Notes: generated by a model not told the origin, from the letters alone. A stretch of 64,000 nucleotides of DNA from an uncultured Oscillospiraceae bacterium (GCA_934572335.1 CAKTKU010000002.1:58945-122944); one strand, 5' to 3'. Positions 1-10,369 are shown, counted from the stretch's first letter. Made by a program: numbers and translations.

Positions 1-627
1 GCCCGAGCCTTCCTCAAAGAACAGCGGCTTCACGCCGACCGTCTCCGGGGTGGAACGGAAGCAGAGCGCGATAATGACAGTGCAGACGAGGGAAACAATG
101 GTGACGATGTTGAACGAGTGACGCCAGCCGTACTGGGCTATCCACCCGCCGACGATTGGGCTGAATATCGTTCCGCCGAGACCGGCGAGGGAGACTGTCG
201 CGCCGACGAGCATGCCGGTGTGCTTGGCAAACCATGTGTTGATTATCGTGCCGCAGATGGCAGTCGCGAGGAACGCAAACGCAATGCCGACAACGATGGC
301 CGCGACATAGAACATGCCGAGTGAGGTGGACTTGGAGTAAATAAAGAGGCCGACAGTCATAAGTACGCCGCCGAGAGTGACGATGCCGCGCGTATTTATG
401 AGCTGTTTGAGCTTGCCGAGGAACATATTGGCCACGGCGCACACGATGCTCATTATCGTCATCGTCATGGCATACTGCGCGCGGGTGAACTCGGGGAATT
501 CCGCAAGGATCGGGGCGGTGTAGACGCTGAGCGGGTTATAGATCATGCCGGTAAAGATCATCTGGATGATGACCGTGGTGAGCAGCGCTATCGCCGCAAA
601 GTACCATGTTTTTTTGCTGTCTTTCAT
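1..627 (-). CDS. MFS transporter, 5-prime (N-terminal) part only; the gene runs off the window start
   Basis: Reverse-complement frame reads from ATG at 627..625 (MKDSKKTWYFAAIALLTTVIIQMIFTGMIY...) through the window edge with no stop. Product is hydrophobic with multiple TM segments typical of the MFS fold. Not in the ORF track (no stop inside the window); the listed 14..442 ORF is a different, Arg-rich frame. Confidence 0.55.
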   Translation of the reverse strand, partial: MKDSKKTWYFAAIALLTTVIIQMIFTGMIYNPLSVYTAPILAEFPEFTRAQYAMTMTIMSIVCAVANMFLGKLKQLINTRGIVTLGGVLMTVGLFIYSKSTSLGMFYVAAIVVGIAFAFLATAICGTIINTWFAKHTGMLVGATVSLAGLGGTIFSPIVGGWIAQYGWRHSFNIVTIVSLVCTVIIALCFRSTPETVGVKPLFFEEGSG

Positions 628-669
628 TTTCTTCTAACCTTTCTTTTTATATTAATGGTTTTACGCGCA

Positions 670-1455
670 TCAATAACAGCTCCAGCCGCCGTCACAGCAG
701 ACATTGGTGCCTGTAACATAGCTGGACTCATCCGCCGCGAGGAACACGATCACGGAATCCAGCTCGTCGCCGTCTGCCGGGTCTTTGCAGCCCTTCCCCG
801 GACGCCCCATGGGCGTCTTGCGTTCTATCATCGGCAGCAGCGCCTTGAGCCTGTCGCCGCTGACGGCCTGTGACTCGAAGAAACCGGGGCAGACCGAATT
901 GACCGTAACGCCGCGGCGCGCCCACTCCACGGCGGCGCCGCGCGTAAAGTTCAGCACCGCGCCCTTGCAGGATTCATAGGCAATGCATTTTGCCTCGCCC
1001 GGCACGCCGATACCACCCAGACCGAGTATGGAAGCGATATTTATAACTCTCCCATAGCCGCGCTCCAGCATGTATTTTCCAAAGCCTCTTGTAAATCTGA
1101 ACGTCGCCATAAGCTCAAGCTGCACATGATACATGAACATCTCATCGCTTATGTCCTCCAGCGGAGCGGACGGGCCTCCGCCGGTGTTGTTGACGAGTAT
1201 ATCAACTTTGCCGTATTCTGCGATGATCTGTCCGATCGCGGTCTCTATCTGTCCGGGCTCCGTCACGTCGCACACAACGGGCAGACAGCGCCGCCCCAGC
1301 CCGCGTATCTCCGCCGCGACCTCATCAAGCTTTTCCGCGCGTCTGGCAATTATCGCGACGTCCGCCCCCTGACGGGCAAGCGCTATCGCTTCGCCGCGCC
1401 CCAGCCCCGCAGAGGCACCCGTGACGACGGCGATTCTTCCTGTAAGATCAAACAT
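670..1455 (-). CDS. short-chain dehydrogenase/reductase (SDR) family oxidoreductase
   Basis: N-terminal TGASAGLG Rossmann motif, NNTGG motif, catalytic YxxxK-type region; 261 aa, typical SDR length. Confidence 0.85.
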   Translation of the reverse strand: MFDLTGRIAVVTGASAGLGRGEAIALARQGADVAIIARRAEKLDEVAAEIRGLGRRCLPVVCDVTEPGQIETAIGQIIAEYGKVDILVNNTGGGPSAPLEDISDEMFMYHVQLELMATFRFTRGFGKYMLERGYGRVINIASILGLGGIGVPGEAKCIAYESCKGAVLNFTRGAAVEWARRGVTVNSVCPGFFESQAVSGDRLKALLPMIERKTPMGRPGKGCKDPADGDELDSVIVFLAADESSYVTGTNVCCDGGWSCY

Positions 1456-1467
1456 CAGCCTTCTCCT

Positions 1468-3438
1468 TTAATCGTCGATAGTTGTACCGGCGAAGTATCC
1501 GCCGCGGACAGCCGTGCCTATGCGCCCGACCTTGTCGCAGTCGCCTATTATTCTCACGCGCCATCCGAAGCGCGCTCTCACCGCCTCCGCATATGCGCTC
1601 AGCTTTCTCAGCCCGAAAGCGCTTATCACGGTGTCCGCGGGAAGCACGTTCTCATTCCCGTCAGCGTCCAGCACGTGCACGCCGTCATCCTCGACCGACT
1701 TGACCTTCGTGCTTGTGTGTATGTTGAGCTTATACTCCTTCACAAGCCTGTCCAGCGCGGCGTGGCTCATCATATTCAGGTCGGGCGAGAGCTTCGGCGC
1801 CATTTCCACTATCGCCGGGCATTTTCCAAAGTCCTCCGCCAGCTCTAGCGCACAGTCACAGCCGGACTGTCCGCCGCCGCAGATGACGATATTGTCGCCC
1901 TTTATCATTTCCTTATGCCTGTGCGCATCCTGCACGGTTATCACATTATCCCTGTCCATGCCGGGAATGGGCGGCGTGAACGGCTCAGAACCGACCGCAA
2001 CTATGTATTTATCGTACCCCTCAAGCTCCGGGGAGTCAGCCGAAACGAAGGTGTTGAGTCTCAGATCGACGCCGAGCTTCTCCATCTGAACCTCGTAGTA
2101 CTTGATAAGCGCCTTGAGCTGTCCTTTGAAGGATGGGGTCTCCGCAGCCGTGACCATGCCGCCGACCTTGTCCGCAGCCTCGAAAAGCGTGACCTTATGC
2201 CCGCTCAGCGTCGCCGTGCGCGCGGCCTCCAGTCCGGCAGGACCCGCGCCGATAATGCACACCTTCTTCGGGCTCTCCGTCTTGGGTATGCCCATCCAGC
2301 GCTCCTGACAGGCCTCGGTGTTGACGGCACAGCTCAGCATGGCCATCTTGAACGCGCCTGTCCTGCCTATGCAGTCCTCATTGCAGCGTATGCAGGGGCG
2401 CACATCCTCGCGTCTGCCCTCCATGAGCTTTTTGGGCAGATCAGGGTCGGCAATGAGTCCGCGTGCAAACATCACAAAGTCCGCATTTCCGCTCTCAATG
2501 AGCGCTGCTGCCGTTTCGGGCGTGTGGTTGCCGGAATTCATTATGGGCACACTGACCGCCTGACGCGCCGCTTTCGTGACATACGCCATGCATGCGTCGC
2601 CGAGATAAGCGGGCGGGAATATGTAATCTATCGTCTCATACGAGCCTGCATCCACATCGAATGCGTCCACACCTGCTTTTTCGAGCACCTTCAATATCTC
2701 TATGCTGTCCTCAAGCGTGCGCCCGCCGGGGAAGCGGTGGTCAAGCGAAATGCGCACGATGATGGGCATATCGGCTCTCGCGCCTTTGCGGCAGGCCTGA
2801 ACGGCCTCTATCGCAAAGCGGCAGCGGTTTTCAACGCTTCCGCCGTATTCGTCGGTGCGGTGGTTCCAACAGGGGGACAGAAACTGGTCGATGAGATAGC
2901 CCGCATGTGCATGTATCTCTATTGCGTCGAATCCGGCCTTCGCCGCGTTGGACGCCGCGTTTGTAAACCAGTTCATCACGCGGGCAATATCGTCCTTGTC
3001 CATCTCCTTGCAGATTATGCTCGGGTCAAGCGTCGCCGGGATGGCAGAGGCGCTCATGGGCGTTTTATAACGGCTCGGGAACGCATTTCTGCCAACACCG
3101 CAGCTGAGCTGTATCGCAATCTTCGCGCCATGGCGATGAACCGCCTCCACGAGTACGGACTGACGCGGCACAGAGAATTTTTCCTCGATCGCACCTTCTA
3201 TGCAGCCGGAGGCAAGCTCCTGACTGATGAACGTGCAGCCCTCGATTATCATGCCGACACCGCCCTGCGCTCGGCGCGCGTAGAAGTCTATCTTGTTGTC
3301 GGACATCGTCCCGTCGCCGTTCGCGGCATTCGTGCCGTGCGGCGCTTCGACAATGCGGTTTCTTATCTCCAGACTGCCGATCTTGAACGGCGTAAAGAGA
3401 ACATCATAGTTTGCCATTTTATATTCGTTTCCTTTCAA
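1468..3438 (-). CDS. NADH:flavin oxidoreductase (Old Yellow Enzyme TIM barrel) fused to FAD/NAD(P)-binding domain; 2-enoate reductase / 2,4-dienoyl-CoA reductase family
   Basis: 656 aa. OYE-like N-terminal half (HGAHGYLIDQF-like motif HAHAGYLIDQFLSP), Cys cluster CIRCNEDCIGR (4Fe-4S), C-terminal GAGPAG dinucleotide-binding motif. Confidence 0.8.
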   Translation of the reverse strand: MKGNEYKMANYDVLFTPFKIGSLEIRNRIVEAPHGTNAANGDGTMSDNKIDFYARRAQGGVGMIIEGCTFISQELASGCIEGAIEEKFSVPRQSVLVEAVHRHGAKIAIQLSCGVGRNAFPSRYKTPMSASAIPATLDPSIICKEMDKDDIARVMNWFTNAASNAAKAGFDAIEIHAHAGYLIDQFLSPCWNHRTDEYGGSVENRCRFAIEAVQACRKGARADMPIIVRISLDHRFPGGRTLEDSIEILKVLEKAGVDAFDVDAGSYETIDYIFPPAYLGDACMAYVTKAARQAVSVPIMNSGNHTPETAAALIESGNADFVMFARGLIADPDLPKKLMEGRREDVRPCIRCNEDCIGRTGAFKMAMLSCAVNTEACQERWMGIPKTESPKKVCIIGAGPAGLEAARTATLSGHKVTLFEAADKVGGMVTAAETPSFKGQLKALIKYYEVQMEKLGVDLRLNTFVSADSPELEGYDKYIVAVGSEPFTPPIPGMDRDNVITVQDAHRHKEMIKGDNIVICGGGQSGCDCALELAEDFGKCPAIVEMAPKLSPDLNMMSHAALDRLVKEYKLNIHTSTKVKSVEDDGVHVLDADGNENVLPADTVISAFGLRKLSAYAEAVRARFGWRVRIIGDCDKVGRIGTAVRGGYFAGTTIDD

Positions 3439-3456
3439 ATTGGTTTGTCGGTCAGT

Positions 3457-4788
3457 TTACACGGCAAGGCCGGGGAAAAGCCAGCATATGAGCGCCACCG
3501 TGCAGGTGGATATGGTCGTCGCGACGACGGAGATCATAAATACGCTCGGGTACCCATCCTTTATTTTCACATCGCAGAACGAATGCGCCATGACGACCGT
3601 GCCGGCATACGGCATTGTGTCAAGTATCGCGCCGGCGAAGGACGATATGCGGTGGATCGCCGCGAGGGACACGCCCGCCTTGTGCACTATCGGTGCGACG
3701 ATCGGCACGGCGATCGCCTGTCCGGTCGCGCTGCCGCCGCACAGCATGCACATGATGCATATGGTCACGATAAGCAGCACATACGGACTGACCTGCATGG
3801 TGGACAGCGTATTGACGATCGCATCAAACGCGGGCGTGCTCTGGACTACCTTCGAAAAGCCGATGACCGCGCATATGCTTATCGTCGGCGGAAGCGAGGT
3901 CAGGCAGCCCTTTGTCACCGTCGCCTTTATATCCCGGTTGGGGAAATACTTCATGAACATGAGCGAGGCGATGATGCAGGTTATCGCAAGGGAGAGGTTT
4001 ATATCGAGCTGGGCAAAATCGAAAAGCCCGACGAGCACGATCATGGGGATAAGCGTTATTATCAGATTCGGTCTCGCGCTGATGTCCTCAAAATCCTTGT
4101 CGTTCGGACCGGGCTCAAAATGACCGCCGCGCTTTATGTCGCGCGTGATGAGTATATTCACGAGAACAGTCATCGCGATGATCTCCACCACCGCGCCGAT
4201 TATTCCGGGGATGGGTGCCGACCAAGAGGTCGTGCCGAGTATCTGCATCGGGATAACGTTTCCCGGCTGAGGACTGCCCGGCAGGTCGTTTGCAAAGCCC
4301 AGACAGCCGCCGAGTATGCCGGCAACGATATACTTTTTCGGTATATCCGCGAGCTTATACAATGAGAGCGCGATCGGGTAGAGCACAAACACGACCTGTG
4401 ACGCCCCGACACCGGCAAACTCAAGTATTGCCGACATAAGTATCAGCGCAACTATCACGATGTGCCGCCTCGTCGCCGGGCTGTACGAGTCTTTCAGGCA
4501 TATCTTTGACACCGCCAGCGCAATGGTAAGCCCCGCCCCGCTCTCCGAGTAGAGCACCGCAAGCAGCGCGCAGAAGAACATCATGCCGAAATACTGCGTG
4601 AGAAAGCCGCCCATGCCGACAAGGTAAAGCTCCGTATACGCCGTGACGACGTTCAATCCGTTGAAGACCACGACGGTCAGCGCCCCCGCGAGCGAGCTTA
4701 TCATGATGTTCCACCCTATATAGGTGAGCACGCCCATCACGATGAAGCCAAGCAGGCAGCCTATAAGTCCCACTGTGTCCATATCCAT
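3457..4788 (-). CDS. GntP/CitMHS-like ion-transporter-superfamily permease
   Basis: 443 aa, about 12 hydrophobic segments, two-repeat topology typical of GntP-family permeases; family assignment moderate. Confidence 0.5.
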   Translation of the reverse strand: MDMDTVGLIGCLLGFIVMGVLTYIGWNIMISSLAGALTVVVFNGLNVVTAYTELYLVGMGGFLTQYFGMMFFCALLAVLYSESGAGLTIALAVSKICLKDSYSPATRRHIVIVALILMSAILEFAGVGASQVVFVLYPIALSLYKLADIPKKYIVAGILGGCLGFANDLPGSPQPGNVIPMQILGTTSWSAPIPGIIGAVVEIIAMTVLVNILITRDIKRGGHFEPGPNDKDFEDISARPNLIITLIPMIVLVGLFDFAQLDINLSLAITCIIASLMFMKYFPNRDIKATVTKGCLTSLPPTISICAVIGFSKVVQSTPAFDAIVNTLSTMQVSPYVLLIVTICIMCMLCGGSATGQAIAVPIVAPIVHKAGVSLAAIHRISSFAGAILDTMPYAGTVVMAHSFCDVKIKDGYPSVFMISVVATTISTCTVALICWLFPGLAV

Positions 4789-5016
4789 CCCTCTTTCTCT
4801 TTGTCAGAATTCTGTTTATCCTGTCTGTGCACGAGGATAACACACGTGTCAAAAAAATCACATATGCAATTGCCTCAATATCGCACGCTGCGTTTGTGTT
4901 TTTTCACAAGCAGCTTGTTTTTAGCCATGTATATTTCAGTCAAAAAACATCCTTGTCTTTGTCCTCCGTTTGTGATAACTTTTATTTTAACAATATATTA
5001 TCAGGGAGTGCGCAAA

Positions 5017-6252
5017 ATGGATACTGTCGCTTTCTACAATCTTTTGCTCAGCGAGCTTGCCGCGGGCTCCATTCAGGATATCATCAAGGCCGCCGCAGAC
5101 TATACGCACCAGCACATCACCGTGCTTGATCTGAGCTATAATGTGCTCGCAATGTATCCCAAGGAAGCCATCGGCGATCCGTACTGGGACCCGCAGTTCC
5201 ACTACGGCTATGTCCCCGAGTACAACATGAAAAAAATATTCGAGAATAAATATCCCGACGCCACCTTCGCCGGGGTGTCGTATATCACGTGGGGCGACAT
5301 CGTCTATCCGCGCTGTGTCACTTCCCTGAAAGACAACGGCAAAGCTCTCGCCCACGTCAGCATCTATCACACCGACAACTGCATGAGCCGCGAGGAGATA
5401 ATAGATGTATGCACATGTCTCGATCATATCCTGCGCGTGTATTTTCTGAATAACAACCGCATTTCCACCGCAAACGAAGCCATTATGAGCGCACTTGTCT
5501 CAAAGCTCTTCCTCGGCCAGCAGATAACGCAGTCCTATCTGGAGGAATGGGAGCGCAGTGCCGGCACTCCCCTGCGCGGAAATTACTTTGTCGCCTCGAT
5601 CTCCAACGAGGATATGCACAGCAGCATAATTGAGTTTCTCAGCACACGCATGGGGCATCTGCACAGCTGCTGCGCTTACGCGGAAATGCGCAAGTGCAAT
5701 TATATTCTTTTTTACAGCATCAAGGATCAGCGCCACATGGATAATCTCAAAATGCGGCTGCTGGACTTCATCAACAGCTATAAGCTGCACATAGGCATAA
5801 GCGCGATGTTTTCCGACCTCAACAAAATAGAGATGTATATGTACCAATGCCGGAAGGCGCTCAGCATAGGGCGGCGGGTCGAACCAGAATGCAAGCTCCA
5901 CAGCTTCGATAAGCTGCGCACGGAGATCATGCTGTCATATATACTGTCGAGCATGGATGTCGCGAACTGCACTCACCCGCTTTTCACAAAGCTCATGGAT
6001 GAGGACACGAAAAATGACACACAGTACTGCAAGACGCTCTCCATATATCTCGACTGCATATGCGACAGCGCAAAGGCCGCCAAAGCGCTCTTTATACACC
6101 GCAACACCATGCTCTACCGCCTGAAGCACATTGAAGAGACCTATGACGTATCCTTCAACGACGCCGACTTTGTAAAAGATCTGATGATGTCAGCGTGGGT
6201 ACGTTCTGAAAAAGAAAAAGCGCCAGGCATTTGTGAAGAATCACAACCCTGA
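5017..6252 (+). CDS. PucR-family transcriptional regulator
   Basis: C-terminal PucR-type HTH (ALFIHRNTMLYRLKHIEETYDV). ORF track starts at 4801, but the first ATG with an RBS (cagGGAGtg, 7 nt spacing) is at 5017 (MDTVAFYN...). Confidence 0.7.
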   Translation: MDTVAFYNLLLSELAAGSIQDIIKAAADYTHQHITVLDLSYNVLAMYPKEAIGDPYWDPQFHYGYVPEYNMKKIFENKYPDATFAGVSYITWGDIVYPRCVTSLKDNGKALAHVSIYHTDNCMSREEIIDVCTCLDHILRVYFLNNNRISTANEAIMSALVSKLFLGQQITQSYLEEWERSAGTPLRGNYFVASISNEDMHSSIIEFLSTRMGHLHSCCAYAEMRKCNYILFYSIKDQRHMDNLKMRLLDFINSYKLHIGISAMFSDLNKIEMYMYQCRKALSIGRRVEPECKLHSFDKLRTEIMLSYILSSMDVANCTHPLFTKLMDEDTKNDTQYCKTLSIYLDCICDSAKAAKALFIHRNTMLYRLKHIEETYDVSFNDADFVKDLMMSAWVRSEKEKAPGICEESQP

Positions 6253-6330
6253 CACATACGATTTTTGTCTTTGCACATTGCTCTTTGTCAAAACAAAAAC
6301 TATCATAAATTCATAATTCTTTTTTAGGCG

Positions 6331-7407
6331 GTGATAGTTTTGAAAGGTTTTGGCACAATAATTCACGGTGAAACCGTCGGTTTCATTACAAAGGATATTC
6401 CCGAACCCAAGGAATTTGAGGCTCTGCTTGAGCCTGTCGTTATCGCGCCGTGCACTTCCGACGTGCACATCGCATTTGAGCAGGGACACAATCCCGCACG
6501 CAACAACCGCATTCTCGGGCATGAGTCCGTCGGGCGCATTGTGAAGCTCGGCGCGGGCTGCACGGAATACAAGGTCGGCGACGTTGTGGTCGTCCCCTGC
6601 ACCACGCCCAACTGGCGCACACTTGAGGTGCAGGACGGCGCATTCCAGCACTCCGGCGGGCTGTGTCAGGGCATGCGCATAGGCACAAGTCAGGACGGTG
6701 TGATGGCAGAGTATTACATCGTCAACGATGTTGAAATGAACACCGCGCATATCCCCGACGGTGTGTCGCTTGAAAACGCGCTGATGGTGAGCGACATGAT
6801 GACGACCGGCTTCCACGGTGTCGAGCTGGCCGACGTTCAATTCGGCGACACGGTCGTCGTCATCGGCACTGGTCCTGTCGGGCTTATGGCCGTCGTCGCC
6901 GCGAAGCTGCGCGGGGCGGGGCGCATAATCGCCGTCGGCTCGCGCGCAAAATGCAGAGAGCTCGCCATACACTACGGTGCGAGCAATGTTGTCAACTATA
7001 AAGGCGGCGACATATACGCGCAGATCATGGAGCTCACCGGCGGCAAGCGTGTGGATAGAACTGTAATTGCCGGCGGCGGAACAGAGCAGCTTCCGATCGC
7101 CTACAAGCTCACCCGTCCGGGCGGCGGAATTGGTGATCTTGTTGCGGCGGACACTCCGCCCAAAATTGAGATCGACACACTGGATTTCAACCGCTTCGTG
7201 GCACACCACAAGCTGTCCGGTGGGCTTTGCCCCGGCGGCCGCCGCAGGGCAGAGCGGCTTCTCAGCCTCATCCAGTATGGCCGCGTTGATCCGTCGCTCA
7301 TGCTGACGCATAAATGCTACGGTCTCGACGGCTGCCGCGAGGGCTTCGAGCTCATGCACCAAAAGCCCGAGGATTTGATAAAGCCGATAGTGTATATGAA
7401 CGTATAA
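6331..7407 (+). CDS. adh: NADP-dependent secondary-alcohol (isopropanol) dehydrogenase, zinc-containing MDR family, TbADH-like
   Basis: Strong resemblance to Thermoanaerobacter brockii ADH along the whole length (APCTSDVH, ILGHE, VVVP, GGLCPGGRRR..., DLIKP). True start may be the TTG at 6340 (MKGFGT...) rather than GTG at 6331. Confidence 0.85.
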   Translation: MIVLKGFGTIIHGETVGFITKDIPEPKEFEALLEPVVIAPCTSDVHIAFEQGHNPARNNRILGHESVGRIVKLGAGCTEYKVGDVVVVPCTTPNWRTLEVQDGAFQHSGGLCQGMRIGTSQDGVMAEYYIVNDVEMNTAHIPDGVSLENALMVSDMMTTGFHGVELADVQFGDTVVVIGTGPVGLMAVVAAKLRGAGRIIAVGSRAKCRELAIHYGASNVVNYKGGDIYAQIMELTGGKRVDRTVIAGGGTEQLPIAYKLTRPGGGIGDLVAADTPPKIEIDTLDFNRFVAHHKLSGGLCPGGRRRAERLLSLIQYGRVDPSLMLTHKCYGLDGCREGFELMHQKPEDLIKPIVYMNV

Positions 7408-7421
7408 ATCCAATGTTCGTT

Positions 7422-7470
7422 GACGCGGAGGGCATCTGCTGCTTTCCGCGTCAGTTGCTGTTTGGTTTAT
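7422..7470. terminator. intrinsic terminator between convergent adh and spoVAE
   Basis: GACGCGGA-N15-TCCGCGTC hairpin followed by a T-rich tract (agttgctgtttggttt). Confidence 0.5.
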
Positions 7471-7500
7471 TCTTAGAGTGCCCAGTTTCGCGCCTATTTC

Positions 7501-7872
7501 TTATTTATTCTTATCCTTTGGGCGGAACACCAGCGCCATTATCAGCGCGAAGAACACCGCCGCGCAGATGCCGCCCGCACAGGCGGTCAGCCCGCCCGTG
7601 AACGCGCCCAGCACGCCCGATTCCGCCACAGCCTCGCGCACGCCCTTTGCCAGCGCATTGCCGAAGCCCGTCAGCGGCACGCTCGCCCCCGCAAGCGCGA
7701 AGTCCACGAGCGGCTGATATATCCCCAGAGCGCCGAGCACCACGCCCGCGACGACGTAGCTTGTGAGTATGCGCGCGGGGGTGAGCTTTGTGCAGTCGAC
7801 GAGCACCTGCCCGATAACGCACAGCATGCCGCCCACGGCGAACGCCTTTATATAATCCATGATATTTCCCAT
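7501..7872 (-). CDS. spoVAE: stage V sporulation protein AE (SpoVAEB)
   Basis: 123 aa membrane protein; FAVGGMLCVIGQVLVD...KLTPARI...GASVPLTGFG matches the conserved SpoVAEB/SpoVAC-family core; length fits SpoVAEB. Confidence 0.8.
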   Translation of the reverse strand: MGNIMDYIKAFAVGGMLCVIGQVLVDCTKLTPARILTSYVVAGVVLGALGIYQPLVDFALAGASVPLTGFGNALAKGVREAVAESGVLGAFTGGLTACAGGICAAVFFALIMALVFRPKDKNK

Positions 7873-7875
7873 GCG

Positions 7876-8889
7876 TCAATCCTCCGTTTCCAGCGCCACA
7901 GCGTGGCAGATGCCGGGGATGGGCTGCCCCTGCTGAGCGCTTGTCGGGCTCATGAGGGCTCCCGTCGCCGCGAAGAGCACGCGCTTCCACACGCCGCGGC
8001 GCATCGCGGGCAGGATATGCGCGCACAGCACGCTCGCGCTGCACCCGCAGCCGGAGCCGCCCGCGTGCACGTCCTGCGTGCGCAGGTCGTAGATCAGCAC
8101 GCCGCAGTCCATATACCGCGCGCCGAGCGTCACGCCGTCCGCTGCAAAGAGCGATTGGAGTATATCATGCCCCAGCGCGCCGAGGTCGCCGGTGAAGATG
8201 GCGTCGTAATACTCTGGGGCGCGCCCCGTGTCAGCAAAGTGCGCGCGGAGCGTATCGTATGCCGCGGGTGCCATCGCCGCGCCCATGTTGTTCGCGTCGT
8301 CTATCCCCGCGTCGACAATGCGCCCGGCGGTCACGTGCGTGAGGCGCACGCCGCGTCCCTGCACCGTCACTATCGCCGCGCCAGCGCCCGTCACCGTCCA
8401 CTGCGATGTTGGCGGGCGCTGCCCGCCGTACTCAAGCGGAAAGCGGTACTGCCGCTCCGCCGTGCAGAAGTGCGAGCCTGTCACGGCACACGCTGTGCTT
8501 GCGTAGCCGCCGTCCGTTAGCATCCCCGCGAGCGCCAGCGACTCCGCCATGGTAGAGCACGCACCGTATACGCCGAAATACGGCGAGCCGGTGTCCTTCA
8601 TGGCGAACGCCGTGCTGACGCACTGGTTCAAAAGGTCGCCGGAGATGATGATATCCAGCGCATCCGCCGCCGCGCCCGCCTTATTGCAGGCGAGCGTGAA
8701 CGCATGGCGGATCATGTGGCTCTCCGCCGCCTCCCAGCTCTTCTCGCCGAAATACGAATCGGCGGAGACATAGTCAAAGCACCCGCCGAGCGGTCCCTCG
8801 CCCTCGCGCTTGCCCACCACGGCAGCGGACGCCGCCACGCACGGGCGGCGGGTCAGCTCCGCCGTCTGTCTGCCGAGCTTTTTCATCAC
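7876..8889 (-). CDS. spoVAD: stage V sporulation protein AD (SpoVAD)
   Basis: 337 aa, thiolase/KAS-like fold protein with SpoVAD hallmarks (GVYGACST, FCTAERQYRFP, GGSGCGCS); 4 nt from spoVAE. Confidence 0.85.
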   Translation of the reverse strand: MMKKLGRQTAELTRRPCVAASAAVVGKREGEGPLGGCFDYVSADSYFGEKSWEAAESHMIRHAFTLACNKAGAAADALDIIISGDLLNQCVSTAFAMKDTGSPYFGVYGACSTMAESLALAGMLTDGGYASTACAVTGSHFCTAERQYRFPLEYGGQRPPTSQWTVTGAGAAIVTVQGRGVRLTHVTAGRIVDAGIDDANNMGAAMAPAAYDTLRAHFADTGRAPEYYDAIFTGDLGALGHDILQSLFAADGVTLGARYMDCGVLIYDLRTQDVHAGGSGCGCSASVLCAHILPAMRRGVWKRVLFAATGALMSPTSAQQGQPIPGICHAVALETED

Positions 8890-8991
8890 ATTACCTCACT
8901 TAAACATATAGTGATGGTAGTATCTCCCGGATATACAAAAATACTCCCAGGGTCGAGCCCTGAGAGTATTTTTTGTGTTTTGTACCGTTTT

Positions 8992-10350
8992 TTATTCCGC
9001 GCACTCCGCCTCGGCGCAGACCTCGTCCGCCAGCTTTTCCAGCAGCCCCAGATCCCATGCGAGCTGATACACGGTGTACCGCGCGCGCGTCTCCTTGCAG
9101 TAGAGCAGCGCGTCGCGGAGTATGTCCTTTGTGACGCCGATGTCACGCGGCTCGCACGGGCAGCCGATATCCTTGAGCAGCGCGCGCAGCTTCTCCGCGG
9201 GGTAGACCCCGGCGAGCATGGCGCGCACCTCATCCCAGTGCTGCTGCATGATGTCTATGCGTTTGAGCCGCCCGGCGGTCTGGTTTTTGCCGGACTGCGC
9301 CTCAAGCTCGATTATCGCGCCCGCCGCATCGCCGTAAGCGCGGCGTATCTCACTCTCCCATGCCGCGGCGTCATACTTTGCCGCCGCTTCGCGCGCCGCG
9401 TCAAAGTCCGGCGTTATCGCCGCGAGCTTTGCCGCCACGGTCAGCGCAAGCACCGTGCCCACGGCGACCTGCTCACCATGCATGGCGTAAGGCTTGCCGC
9501 GCTGGTCGCCCAGCACCTCGAGATAGTGCGAGAAGTGGTGCTCCGCGCCGGAAATGGGGCGGGAGCTGCCGTAGAGGCTGATGGACGCGCCGGTCAGCAG
9601 CAGAGCGTTCATCAGCTCGCCGATGGCCGCGGCATCGTGGTTCTTTATCAGCTCCGCCTTGCCCAGAATGTCGTAAACATAGTCCATGACGAGCGTGTCT
9701 ATACTGCGGCAGTAATGGTCGCCGTTGATGAGCACGCCGAGATGCCAGTCGTTTATGGCGTTGAGCTTGCCGATGAGGTCGGCAAAGCCCGCAACGTTCA
9801 TGCGGTACGGCGCGCCGGAGAGCACGTCCGTGTCGCCGATGATGACCTCGGTGCTGTGGGCGGGCATGGTCGCCTTGAGACTGTTGACGTTCATGATGCC
9901 GACGGAGGCGGAGAAGCCGTCCATCGGCGCGCCGGTGGCGACGGTGAAGCACGGCAGACCGAGCTTGAAGCTGGAATAGCGCAGCATATCCGTGATGGAG
10001 CCCGTGCCGACGCCGATCATCACGTCGCAGTCGTCGGGCTTGTTGATGACGATCTCGCCGAGCGTCGCCTCGTCAAAGCCGAGGTGCTGGATGATGAGCA
10101 CATCGGGCGCAAAGCCCGCCGCGCGCAGGACGCTCTCGCACTTCTCGCCCGCGATCTTGTAGGTTATCGCGTCGCAGAGGATGTACGGGCGCTTATAGCC
10201 GAAGCGGTCCATATACTCCGGCAAGGCGTTTATCGCGCCCTTGCTGATGTTGACCGCCTTTATGGGCGCGTAGTGCGTGCGCCCGCAGTCACATTCCAGC
10301 TTGACATTCAGGTATTTTTCGACCGGCTGGGTGGTTTCATACATTTTCAT
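8992..10350 (-). CDS. iron-containing ADH/dehydroquinate-synthase-like superfamily enzyme, sn-glycerol-1-phosphate dehydrogenase (AraM/EgsA)-like
   Basis: 452 aa; glycine-rich GVGTGSITD NAD(P)-binding loop and overall DHQS-like organisation; closest family by eye is G1PDH/AraM. Specific substrate not assignable. Confidence 0.55.
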   Translation of the reverse strand: MKMYETTQPVEKYLNVKLECDCGRTHYAPIKAVNISKGAINALPEYMDRFGYKRPYILCDAITYKIAGEKCESVLRAAGFAPDVLIIQHLGFDEATLGEIVINKPDDCDVMIGVGTGSITDMLRYSSFKLGLPCFTVATGAPMDGFSASVGIMNVNSLKATMPAHSTEVIIGDTDVLSGAPYRMNVAGFADLIGKLNAINDWHLGVLINGDHYCRSIDTLVMDYVYDILGKAELIKNHDAAAIGELMNALLLTGASISLYGSSRPISGAEHHFSHYLEVLGDQRGKPYAMHGEQVAVGTVLALTVAAKLAAITPDFDAAREAAAKYDAAAWESEIRRAYGDAAGAIIELEAQSGKNQTAGRLKRIDIMQQHWDEVRAMLAGVYPAEKLRALLKDIGCPCEPRDIGVTKDILRDALLYCKETRARYTVYQLAWDLGLLEKLADEVCAEAECAE

Positions 10351-10369
10351 GGCTGTGTCCTCCCCGCTC

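Noticed and set aside
14-442. 142-aa Arg-rich minus-strand ORF
   Set aside because: Wrong frame; the real gene is the MFS transporter in another minus frame running to the window edge.
1915-4365. 816-aa ORF on the plus strand
   Set aside because: Antisense to the enoate-reductase and GntP genes. Arg/Ala/His-rich low-complexity translation typical of spurious frames in GC-rich DNA; the opposite strand encodes clear family members.
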